From: a virus
Direction: 5' to 3' (one strand)
IMG/VR virus record: IMGVR_UViG_3300046519_000190
Location: 1-64,000 of that record
Length of the DNA stretch: 64,000 nucleotides
This document shows positions 55,339-63,367 of this stretch, in pieces. The position numbers and the translations under genes were made by a program. Numbering within the stretch: position 1 is the stretch's first letter; the number at the start of each line of letters is the position of its first letter. The notes beneath the pieces are model-generated. The model had not been told where the DNA came from. It worked only from the letters and a program-made list of their open reading frames with translations, and searched no databases.

Positions 55339-56735
55339 GCTGGTTCCACCGCGTTGTCGAACTGTTCCACAACCTGGGCGTAAGTGTCAGCCACAGACTT
55401 GTCCAGGCGACGATCGACATAGACTGGCAGAAACAGGCTGTGCTTCTTCTTGCCGTCTTTGCTGACCATGATTTCGTTGGACTTAACGGTGATGATGGCC
55501 CCGATCCACTCTTCGCGAGCCTCGTTGATTTCACGGCGCAGTTCATCGCTGAACCCGGTGCCCACGTTGACTTCGAGCAGGCTATCAGAAGTCCGGCACA
55601 TCAGTGATCCGAAAGTCAGTTCGGTCTTGGCGCCCTCTTTGCCCTCTTCGAAGTCGAATACTTCCAGCTCGACAGGCACTTCCTGCTTGAGCTTGACCTG
55701 ATCTTTGGAAGTACCGTCCTTCCAGATCATCGTCGGCTTCTTGACGATCGTGCCTTCTTGCTTGCGACGGCGAGCAGCCATGTAGTGGTCCATCGCTTCC
55801 TGATAGCTGCGAACCACTTTCGTTTCGATGATAGCGATCAGACTATCTTCCCGCTTCGCTCTGAGCATGCCCACAGCGCTGTTGAGCATGCGCAGACGAT
55901 TCAGATAGGGGACGTTGTAGCTTCCCTTCTTCACAGCGCTGGTCAGCGGGATAACATCCCACAGAACCGCTGTCAGCGTGTAGCCGGGTTGCAGCTCGGT
56001 GCCCTGGATCAGCTTGTTGATCATGCCGTTGCCGACTTCGCGAGCCAGGATATTGCCGGCCGAGTCTTCGACAAGAAGCTCACCGTGAGTCTGTGCGCCT
56101 GCTTCGAAGTCTTCGGTCAGCAGACCTCCAAACGCGATGCGGAATTGCTCAGCCAAACGGTCGAAGCTTGGGCTGCTTGGGAACGGTTGACCCTGACGGC
56201 TGGTGAAGTTGACGAAGGTCTTGTCGATGTTGCCATCAAAGAACATGCCGTCAGCTTTGATCTGGCTGATGACACCGGTGTTGAACGGCCATTCATCCAG
56301 CTTCGAGTCTTTCGGCAGCGAGCAGCGCATGTACGGGAAACAAGGGATGAAGTCTTTCTTCACCTTGTTCACGCTGTTCTCACCGAAGCCTGCTTTCAGG
56401 TCTTTGTTCATCACGCGCCACAACAGCTCGGCCGACTTCTCGTCGAGGCGTTTGTACTCAGTTTCGATGGCTGCTTTCGCTGCATCACCGGTCAGCGTGC
56501 GATCTTGCAAGTCTTTAAGCAGAATGAACGTCGATTCGCCCCACACGAAGTTGCCAGCGAAGCCGGTGTAACGAGCGGGACGAACCCCGAACGTGACGAA
56601 AGGGTTCAGAGCCAGGCTGAGGATGGACAGAAAGTCAGCCTCAGCCATGTAGCGTGTGAGCAAAGCCTGCTTGTCGTTCTTGCCGCTGACGAAGGCGATT
56701 TCTTCGATCGCCTTCATGACGTTTCTGGAGTTCAT
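55335..56735 (-). CDS. ATP-dependent DNA ligase
   Basis: KADG motif I, GEL, WDVI, EG.IVK, KLK, C-terminal OB fold with LFLP....R.DK. Confidence 0.92.
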   Translation of the reverse strand: MNSRNVMKAIEEIAFVSGKNDKQALLTRYMAEADFLSILSLALNPFVTFGVRPARYTGFAGNFVWGESTFILLKDLQDRTLTGDAAKAAIETEYKRLDEKSAELLWRVMNKDLKAGFGENSVNKVKKDFIPCFPYMRCSLPKDSKLDEWPFNTGVISQIKADGMFFDGNIDKTFVNFTSRQGQPFPSSPSFDRLAEQFRIAFGGLLTEDFEAGAQTHGELLVEDSAGNILAREVGNGMINKLIQGTELQPGYTLTAVLWDVIPLTSAVKKGSYNVPYLNRLRMLNSAVGMLRAKREDSLIAIIETKVVRSYQEAMDHYMAARRRKQEGTIVKKPTMIWKDGTSKDQVKLKQEVPVELEVFDFEEGKEGAKTELTFGSLMCRTSDSLLEVNVGTGFSDELRREINEAREEWIGAIITVKSNEIMVSKDGKKKHSLFLPVYVDRRLDKSVADTYAQVVEQFDNAVEPA

Positions 56736-57412
56736 TGCTTAGCCTTCTCTGCTGCCCGGCGCTTGATGAAGTCCGCAGTGGACTCACCTGGCAATGGGCG
56801 AAGTGGATTGATGGTTGGGACAGGTGCTTCTGGTTCTTTCCAGGTGGGCGGCGGTGCAGCTTTCTTCACTGCCGGGACACTTTTCTCCGCGCTCTCTTTC
56901 ATGAGGACGTTGACGACATCGGCCATGCCCGCTTCGACAAAGCCTGATTTCGGTTTGGGCGCTGGACGAGGTGCAGGTGGAATACGCTTCTTGGTTTCAC
57001 GCACTTCACCTGGTCCACCACCGATCGCCCAACCGCGTGCATAGCTTGGGTTGGTCATATCGTACTTGCCGCTGCTGACTGCGCCGGCCGACTTGTTGTC
57101 TTTCTCGACAGCGACCGGGTCGGTGATGTGACGTGGGCGAGGCTTGAAGTACAGCGCGTGACCTGCTGCAACCTCTTGTGCTTTGTGCTTCTTCGCAATG
57201 CAGTTGTTATGGCAGTAGGCTCGCTGGCACTCGACTGCGATACCAGACGGCAGATCGTTGTTCTCGATGCGGCGGATGGTGTGCAGGCAGACGGCATAGC
57301 TCGCATGCTGCCCACGCTCTTCACAGAAGTTATAAACCGAATTGCGGCCGGACATGCTCGCTTCGACCGGAAGTAGAACTGCTAACTCCGGGTCTTCTTT
57401 TACTTCGGACAT
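56732..57412 (-). CDS. hypothetical Cys-containing protein with Pro-rich C-terminus
   Basis: Start trimmed to MSEVK after promoter 57444-57474. Confidence 0.75.
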   Translation of the reverse strand: MSEVKEDPELAVLLPVEASMSGRNSVYNFCEERGQHASYAVCLHTIRRIENNDLPSGIAVECQRAYCHNNCIAKKHKAQEVAAGHALYFKPRPRHITDPVAVEKDNKSAGAVSSGKYDMTNPSYARGWAIGGGPGEVRETKKRIPPAPRPAPKPKSGFVEAGMADVVNVLMKESAEKSVPAVKKAAPPPTWKEPEAPVPTINPLRPLPGESTADFIKRRAAEKAKQ

Positions 57413-57443
57413 GGGAATGCTCTCGTTTGATTTGCACGCTTGC

Positions 57444-57474
57444 AGTGTACAAGCGCGCTTTAGGGGATGTGCGG
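57444..57474 (-). promoter_or_regulatory. CC-N8-CC-N13 promoter-like element
   Basis: -10 TACACT flanked by CGCTTG/CAAGCG. Confidence 0.75.
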
Positions 57475-57482
57475 GCTTGCTG

Positions 57483-58262
57483 TCAGCCGAAAGCGCCCCA
57501 GCCGCTGCCGTAGACCTCTTCACGGTCGATCTTCGGTTCTGGTTCGCGAACACCATGCGGGACACTTGCAACGTCTATAAACGTGCCGTCAACCGAGTGC
57601 ATAATGCCTTCGACCACATCGGCGGTTTGCGGACTCGCGGTTTCACTGCGAGCTTGAGCGAGCAAGGCGCCTACACTGTGACCCTTGCCGTTGATGTTGC
57701 TCAAGAAGTTGCTTGTCGGCAGAAGGTTAGCAAGAGCTTTGCCCATGATGCGGCCGATCTTGTCATGACCACCCTCAACTCCATATGTCCCGGCCTGTAT
57801 GTCTGTCATAGCAAGAATGGGCAGAGCTGCGTTTTTCGTACCTTTTGAAAGTTCGACAACGAACTCATGACCAACTTGGAGAGGCACTTCACGGCCAATG
57901 TAGTTCTCAACCGTGTAGCCTTTCGAGACTGCTTTGGACTTGACAACCGAGTACCACTCTCTTTCGCTGACGCGCTTGCATTGCGCCTGGCCTTTTACCT
58001 GATCATCTTTGCCCCACCAGGTAAGGGAGAAGCCGTCAACACCAGTAGGCGTTGTCGCGATGAACATCGATCGCCACAGCTTTCCTTCCGGGTGGCGGCA
58101 CTCGATCATCGAAGCTGGGTAGGCTGAGCTTGAGCAATCGATCAGAGAGTGGACGGTTGGGTATTCATCTGGGCCGGTGTGATGTCCAGAAAGTTGCCAT
58201 CTGACTGTCTCTGAAATCAGCTTGATTCCACAATCTGCTGGGCTGTAAGGGGTGATAAGCAT
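57483..58262 (-). CDS. protein with WGR-like segment and C-terminal motif (..GWGAFG)
   Basis: WWGK..GQ..K..SK...KGY resembles a WGR domain; start uncertain. Confidence 0.7.
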   Translation of the reverse strand: MLITPYSPADCGIKLISETVRWQLSGHHTGPDEYPTVHSLIDCSSSAYPASMIECRHPEGKLWRSMFIATTPTGVDGFSLTWWGKDDQVKGQAQCKRVSEREWYSVVKSKAVSKGYTVENYIGREVPLQVGHEFVVELSKGTKNAALPILAMTDIQAGTYGVEGGHDKIGRIMGKALANLLPTSNFLSNINGKGHSVGALLAQARSETASPQTADVVEGIMHSVDGTFIDVASVPHGVREPEPKIDREEVYGSGWGAFG

Positions 58263-58287
58263 GTCGAGCGATCCTGTTTATTTCTTG

Positions 58288-59394
58288 CTATAGACTGAAT
58301 TTTGACATGATCGATACGGCATAGAGCGGGGTTAACTCTTTTGCCTGTACGAACGCCTGGCGAACGACTTCGGTATCTACTTCGTTCGGGTCTTTGTCGT
58401 TCGGGAGAATGGCCAGCTTGACCTTGAACCCATATGTGCGCAGCTTCACACCCGTCTTGACAGCGTTGAGGATTGCGCTGGGTGATCCGTCCCACATCAT
58501 GGTGATTTCTTGCAGGCCGGCTGCTTTCATCCGTTTCAGATCGGAGAGCTGGTCGTTTTCTGCGCCGGATTCAGCCATCGACAGGTGCATACCGAATGTT
58601 CCGCAGATACCCACATCCCTGAACGTGATGTCTTCGTCGAAAGCCTTCTTGATTGCAGCCACGTCGAACGCGCCCTCGCCCAGTACGACCTCTTTCAAGC
58701 CCAGTGCGTTGTGTGCGTTGTAGATGAACCGCCCTGCACCCGCGAGTCCTGGTGGGAACAGGTACTTCTGGAAAGAATTAGGCTCAGTGCTTCGACCCTG
58801 GAACGTTACAAGCTTCCCGTCGATGCCATATACAGGAATGATGACTCGGTTTTCCCAGTTCTGGGTCTTCTCTTCACCACCGAGAGTGTAAGAGTAGACC
58901 CCGTGCTTGCTGTATCGCCACCCGAAATACTCGGCAAGCTCAATACCAAATCCACGAGCCGACAGGTACTTGAGAGTCTTTCCGTTAATGGGCAGGGCGT
59001 AGCTGTCCGGGATGTTGATTTCATCGGGGTTCTCGTCTGCTGGGCGTGGAGCGCGTTTGCGGGTAGAAGACCAGCCCAGGGTCTTTGCGTAGCGCTTGAG
59101 GGCGTTGATCGTCTCACGGTGAGATTTGTCGTTGAGGTGATGGATGAAGCTGTACTTGTTGAAGCCGGGTTCGCCTGAGCATGACCCATGAAAGCAGCTA
59201 CCCAAGCCTGTATCAGCGTTCAGGTAGACCTTCCAGTCGCGACCCCCACAGCGAGGGCACTCCTTTAGGTTGAGCTGAGTACCGGATCGCCCGCGAGTGA
59301 CCCGGTAGTCGATGCTCTCCACGCTCAGGAAATCCTCCATGTCGACCATATCAATCAGGTCTTGAATCTCGGAGTCATCCTTCGCAGTGGCCAT
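58288..59394 (-). CDS. DNA primase (zinc finger plus TOPRIM)
   Basis: CPRC..C...C zinc domain; RVIIP, FQGR, KY, EG.FD, WDG, DPN. Confidence 0.88.
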   Translation of the reverse strand: MATAKDDSEIQDLIDMVDMEDFLSVESIDYRVTRGRSGTQLNLKECPRCGGRDWKVYLNADTGLGSCFHGSCSGEPGFNKYSFIHHLNDKSHRETINALKRYAKTLGWSSTRKRAPRPADENPDEINIPDSYALPINGKTLKYLSARGFGIELAEYFGWRYSKHGVYSYTLGGEEKTQNWENRVIIPVYGIDGKLVTFQGRSTEPNSFQKYLFPPGLAGAGRFIYNAHNALGLKEVVLGEGAFDVAAIKKAFDEDITFRDVGICGTFGMHLSMAESGAENDQLSDLKRMKAAGLQEITMMWDGSPSAILNAVKTGVKLRTYGFKVKLAILPNDKDPNEVDTEVVRQAFVQAKELTPLYAVSIMSKFSL

Positions 59395-59395
59395 T

Positions 59396-59605
59396 TTACT
59401 TGCTCAGCATTTCAGGGTGGTCGTGAAGAGTCGCCAGCATCAGGTTCATCTGGCTCATGTCCGCGATGACTTCTTCGTTCGGACCCTGCTCGGCGATCTT
59501 CTCGTCGAGGTACTTCACTGCGGCCGATTCTTCACCGAAAGCCAGACGAGCGATTTCGCGCCAGTTGCCCAAAGTCGAATCATCACCACTCCACAATTTC
59601 TTCAT
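59396..59605 (-). CDS. hypothetical protein
   Basis: GAGGT RBS. Confidence 0.75.
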   Translation of the reverse strand: MKKLWSGDDSTLGNWREIARLAFGEESAAVKYLDEKIAEQGPNEEVIADMSQMNLMLATLHDHPEMLSK

Positions 59606-59633
59606 GTTGCACCTCTAAGTTATTGAAGTTGAA

Positions 59634-59664
59634 AGCATAACAGCCCGAAAGCGGGCTGTTATGG
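59634..59664 (-). promoter_or_regulatory. CC-N8-CC-N13 promoter-like element coincident with a hairpin
   Basis: -10 TATGCT; CATAACAGCCCG/CGGGCTGTTATG inverted repeat. Confidence 0.65.
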
Positions 59665-59680
59665 GTGTCGCAAAGGTAGA

Positions 59681-59890
59681 TCAGTCTTCGTCGGCTTCGT
59701 AGAAGTCGAAGCCTACAGCGTTCAGATCCAGGTCGTCAGGAAACTCGAGGGTGCGGCTATAGCCCTCATTCATGCCGAAACTGTCGTCCTCTTCGCACAG
59801 CTTGTCCAGAAGATCGGGGTCGCGGGTGAAACGAACGGCGCTGCTGCCGTCGCCCAAGTCTTGGGTGAACAGATAAACTTTCTGGGTCAC
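59681..59890 (-). CDS. hypothetical protein
   Basis: GTGA-coupled ORF. Confidence 0.7.
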   Translation of the reverse strand: MTQKVYLFTQDLGDGSSAVRFTRDPDLLDKLCEEDDSFGMNEGYSRTLEFPDDLDLNAVGFDFYEADED

Positions 59891-60228
59891 AGGATTTTTC
59901 CTTTCAGGGATTTCACATGAGTTTTGAGGTCATCGAGCTTGTCGAGGTCAATCTCGATCAGCACGGTGGTTGTGGTCAGTGACTTGCGCCACTTGCGAAA
60001 CACGGTCTGCAAGTCACGCCCATCGTCAGTGCTAGTGGCATCGCAGATGCAGCCAGCAATGATGGTGATTTGATCGGTGTCAGCGCAGGAACCGGGTTCG
60101 AAACTGTCATCCGTTTGAGCGCCGTTGACAGTGTAGGAGTCACCTTCTACAAAGCCGTCTTTTGGCCACCAGGGTTCGCCCAGCTCCCAGAACTCTTTCA
60201 GCTCTTTGCCGTTTGTCTTAGTTGCCAT
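59887..60228 (-). CDS. hypothetical protein
   Basis: TAATG-coupled; AAGGAG RBS. Confidence 0.75.
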   Translation of the reverse strand: MATKTNGKELKEFWELGEPWWPKDGFVEGDSYTVNGAQTDDSFEPGSCADTDQITIIAGCICDATSTDDGRDLQTVFRKWRKSLTTTTVLIEIDLDKLDDLKTHVKSLKGKIL

Positions 60229-60644
60229 TACAGCTCCTTCCTTCGCACGTCGGCTTTCTGCATTTCGATCTGGGTCCAGGTATCTGGAGTGATCGCGTTG
60301 AGACGGTACTCAGCCTCTTCCAAGCTGATCTGTCTGTGATGCGCCACGAACTCTGCCTGAGAGCTGAACACGGACTCATGATCCGCTTCCAGGCCGAGCA
60401 GTGTCGGGTGGTTCTGGTTCTCGATGTTCGCACGGAAGATTCGACTACCGGCACACTGAGGTGCTTGCAGCGCTTTCTCCTTCCAGTCGGGCGTTTCACT
60501 GGTGTAGTGACAGTGGCACGGGATGTAGAAAGGCCCGTTGGTCTGTCCCACGTACACCTCTGGAGCAGACCCTCCCAAAGCCCCTGGGGCGATATCGCGA
60601 CGGAACGCACACTCACGGCATGCTTTCTTCGGATCGCGGCTCAT
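60228..60644 (-). CDS. Cys/His metal-binding protein (relative of 9264-9638)
   Basis: KACRECAF..PG..F..PCH..QCAGS. Confidence 0.7.
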   Translation of the reverse strand: MSRDPKKACRECAFRRDIAPGALGGSAPEVYVGQTNGPFYIPCHCHYTSETPDWKEKALQAPQCAGSRIFRANIENQNHPTLLGLEADHESVFSSQAEFVAHHRQISLEEAEYRLNAITPDTWTQIEMQKADVRRKEL

Positions 60645-60982
60645 ACAGCGAACCAGGGCTTTTTGTGCCCAATCTTGCCAGTACCCCTGTTCGGGTTTGG
60701 ATCAGTGGGTTTGAACCAGCCCACGTAGGTGATGCTCTGAACTTCCATCGAGCCGTTTGTACGATACTGTTTGGGCAAATCAATGACGAAACGAGGCAGA
60801 AGCTCCTTCTTCAAGAGGCGATGATTGCCCAGCACGTTGCGGTCTTTGACGCTAAAGGTCATCGACTTCGTTGCGCTACCGCCGTTCGGCTGACCCGGGT
60901 TCATGTGGTAGACGAACGTGATGAAGTAGTTCCAGTTGCGGCCGGTCAGCTTGGTGATCAGACGATCCATTGAGAATCTCAT
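60641..60982 (-). CDS. hypothetical protein
   Basis: ATGA-coupled ORF. Confidence 0.7.
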   Translation of the reverse strand: MRFSMDRLITKLTGRNWNYFITFVYHMNPGQPNGGSATKSMTFSVKDRNVLGNHRLLKKELLPRFVIDLPKQYRTNGSMEVQSITYVGWFKPTDPNPNRGTGKIGHKKPWFAV

Positions 60983-61281
60983 TCGTCGTCTCCATCATCA
61001 GGTTTGGTTGCGAACATCGAGTTGTATTCGTCGATCACCTTCTTGGCGGTCTTGTATGCGAAGGCTTCGTCCATCGCGACAAAGCTGTCTTCGCCCTTTA
61101 CCCAGGCTTCGTCTTCGTCCTTGCCGAAGTTGGACAGCTTGACTGCACAGACGCCCAAGTTTTTAGGCTTGAAGGTGATCTTGATTTCAGGGCCGTAGGT
61201 GTTCGGCTCTTCCGAAGCATCGATGGTTAGAAGCACCTGGCCGATGTCTTCGAACTGGAACAGTTTGGCGAACTGTTTCAT
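60979..61281 (-). CDS. hypothetical protein
   Basis: ATGA-coupled; FAKLF..EDIGQVL. Confidence 0.75.
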   Translation of the reverse strand: MKQFAKLFQFEDIGQVLLTIDASEEPNTYGPEIKITFKPKNLGVCAVKLSNFGKDEDEAWVKGEDSFVAMDEAFAYKTAKKVIDEYNSMFATKPDDGDDE

Positions 61282-61511
61282 TTGGCTTTATCCCCGCTCA
61301 TTGCCGCACGAATGGCACATGCAGCGGTGTCACCCTGGCTAGAGTAAGCACATTTGGCGTCGATAGGGTTTGCACCAGCCTGAATCGCCTGAGCGATCTT
61401 TGCATTGCCATCCATTGAGCAGCTAACCGGTGCCCATGCGATGAACACTGCGGCTAGCGCAACGACGATCCAAGCTACGATGTTGCGAAGTTCTTCCCAG
61501 TCCATATTCAT
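61278..61511 (-). CDS. small membrane-anchored protein
   Basis: TM segment; G.NPI.A.CA. Confidence 0.7.
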   Translation of the reverse strand: MNMDWEELRNIVAWIVVALAAVFIAWAPVSCSMDGNAKIAQAIQAGANPIDAKCAYSSQGDTAACAIRAAMSGDKAK

Positions 61512-61529
61512 TCTCGTTTGATGTGTAAA

Positions 61530-61578
61530 GAAAAAGACTCAGACGCGAGTATGCACGTCTGAGTCTGGTGTGTTGCGG
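61530..61578 (-). promoter_or_regulatory. terminator hairpin with the -10 of a CC-N8-CC-N13 promoter in its loop
   Basis: AGACTCAGACG/CGTCTGAGTCT stem plus T-tract; -10 CATACT at 61548-61553. Confidence 0.7.
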
Positions 61579-61585
61579 GCTACGA

Positions 61586-63058
61586 TCAGGTGATTTCGAG
61601 AATCCCTGTCATGAAGCGCATCTTGCTGAGCTCCTGCGTAATTTTCAGGGTGAACTCGCCGGCCTGGTTACGAGAGGCTGCAAAGTAGATTCGGGCTTCG
61701 CCTTTGGTCTTCTCTTCGTCCGTGCGGTTGATGGTCAACACCAAGTCAGCGATACGGATTTTGTTGAAGTCTTCTGCGGCGTGTTCTGCTTTGGCCACGT
61801 CTGCTGTGAAGCCAGCTCGGTTGGTCTGTGTCGCTGTCAGAACTGCGGCGTTCTCTTCGTGTGCGATTGCCCGCAGACCCAGCCAAACCTGCTTCGACTC
61901 GTTGATGTCGTTACCGGATTTGATTTCAGCGGCCATGATGTCGGCGTAGTCGACCACGATCATGTCGAAGATGATGCCTTCGGCACGGTAGAATTCAATC
62001 ACCTTGCGCAGATCAGCGCAGGTCATTTGACCCGACGGATACTCGACGACCTTGAGGTGGCCAGGCTTGCGAAGGCCAGCACGGTCTTTAACGCCCTTCT
62101 CGACGTCATTGCCCCGTGAACTGAGGTCGCTCATGTCGATGCCCGCCACGTTGGCGTCCATACGTTCCATGATGATCTTGGCGGCTACTTCGAGGGTCAC
62201 GTACAGAACGTTGAAGCCTTTCTGAGAGCCCGCGAGAGCCCAGTGAAGCAGACCCGTTGACTTACCCTTCTTGGCACCACCCATGACGACGGACAGTTCT
62301 TTACGGCCCCATCCGTGGTGGTACAACATCTTGTCGAGTTTCGGTAGACCCGAGGTGATACCGTCCTTCGTGATCAGGCCGGCTTCAACATCACGACGAT
62401 ACTGTGTCCGGGTTTCGATGTCGTTCCAGTAGTCGTTGTCTTCGACCACAGCCTGCGCGCCCGTTGCGAACGCCTTCTGCATGATCTTCTGAGCCTTCTC
62501 ATGCTCGCCTTTCTCGACGAGTGGAATGGTCATCATGTATGCGGCTGTGATTGCTTGCTTCTTGGCGAACTCTGCGACCTTATCTACAGCGTAGTCACGG
62601 GCCGGGAGAGCTCCAGTCAGGATTTTCTTGAGCGCTGTGACCATATCCGGGACGTCATCGTCACGAATCGCCTTCTCAGCTTTCGCATCCTTGATCAGTT
62701 CAGCCCATTCACTGCGCTCGGGCAGACGACGGTACTTCTCATGATAGGTCGTTGTGATGTGAACCAGCGCCGACAGTGAGCGCTCTTCGAAGTATTCAGG
62801 TCGTACCAGGCCGTCTACGCGACGATAGAAAGCTTCGTCACGGCAGATCAGCGCCGCGATCTTCTGCTGAAACTCACCTTCGAACTGAAAGGCTTCTGAG
62901 CCTTCTGGGAGAGTAGGGAGCGGGGTGATGCGCTTTGCTGCCTGCATCACGGTTTCGAGTTCGTCATCCAGGTCGAGGTCTTCTTCCGGTGCGACGATAC
63001 CCATCTGTCTGGCCATCTGCTCCGCCAGACTATCCTTGATTTCGGATTCGTCAGACAT
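61586..63058 (-). CDS. dnaB: replicative DNA helicase (DnaB / T4 gp41-like)
   Basis: GI.SG...LD, G.AKKGKS, VTLE, VVDYAD, TATQTNR, D....I.R. Confidence 0.9.
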   Translation of the reverse strand: MSDESEIKDSLAEQMARQMGIVAPEEDLDLDDELETVMQAAKRITPLPTLPEGSEAFQFEGEFQQKIAALICRDEAFYRRVDGLVRPEYFEERSLSALVHITTTYHEKYRRLPERSEWAELIKDAKAEKAIRDDDVPDMVTALKKILTGALPARDYAVDKVAEFAKKQAITAAYMMTIPLVEKGEHEKAQKIMQKAFATGAQAVVEDNDYWNDIETRTQYRRDVEAGLITKDGITSGLPKLDKMLYHHGWGRKELSVVMGGAKKGKSTGLLHWALAGSQKGFNVLYVTLEVAAKIIMERMDANVAGIDMSDLSSRGNDVEKGVKDRAGLRKPGHLKVVEYPSGQMTCADLRKVIEFYRAEGIIFDMIVVDYADIMAAEIKSGNDINESKQVWLGLRAIAHEENAAVLTATQTNRAGFTADVAKAEHAAEDFNKIRIADLVLTINRTDEEKTKGEARIYFAASRNQAGEFTLKITQELSKMRFMTGILEIT

Positions 63059-63296
63059 TGCAGGCTCCAAAGCACTTGATGGCCGACTTGAAGATTGTGC
63101 GGTACTGACCATCGCTGTGACGGGTGATGGTGATGGTGTAGTTGTCGAACTGCGTTACCTGACCGCGTAGCTGCGTGCCGTCGAGCATGTCGAATACAGC
63201 CAAGCTGTTCTCACGAATCAAGGTCTTGAGGATCGTCTGATGCCCGTTCTTGAAATCCTGGGGCTTCTTGTTGGAGTGGGTGTTCGGAGAGTTCAT
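63051..63296 (-). CDS. hfq: Hfq-like Sm-fold RNA-binding protein
   Basis: HQTILKTL..., DG.QLRGQV.QFD.YTI (Sm1) and IFKSAI (Sm2, compare VYKHAI); AGGA RBS. Confidence 0.8.
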   Translation of the reverse strand: MNSPNTHSNKKPQDFKNGHQTILKTLIRENSLAVFDMLDGTQLRGQVTQFDNYTITITRHSDGQYRTIFKSAIKCFGACNV

Positions 63297-63339
63297 GGTT
63301 GATCCTGCTAAGGGTGAGTGTTTGAGTGTTGCGATTGCG

Positions 63340-63361
63340 AGTATACGCGCAGCGAGAGCGG
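63340..63361 (-). promoter_or_regulatory. partial CC-N14 promoter upstream of the hfq-like gene
   Basis: -10 TATACT; only the proximal CC is in phase. Confidence 0.5.
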
Positions 63362-63367
63362 CAAAAA

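Noticed and set aside
11614-57044. Long plus-strand ORFs (e.g. 33900-36059, 48743-50539, 42325-43917, 55758-57044, 11614-12807)
   Set aside because: They are antisense shadows of well-supported minus-strand genes with biased codon usage, and show no recognisable motifs.
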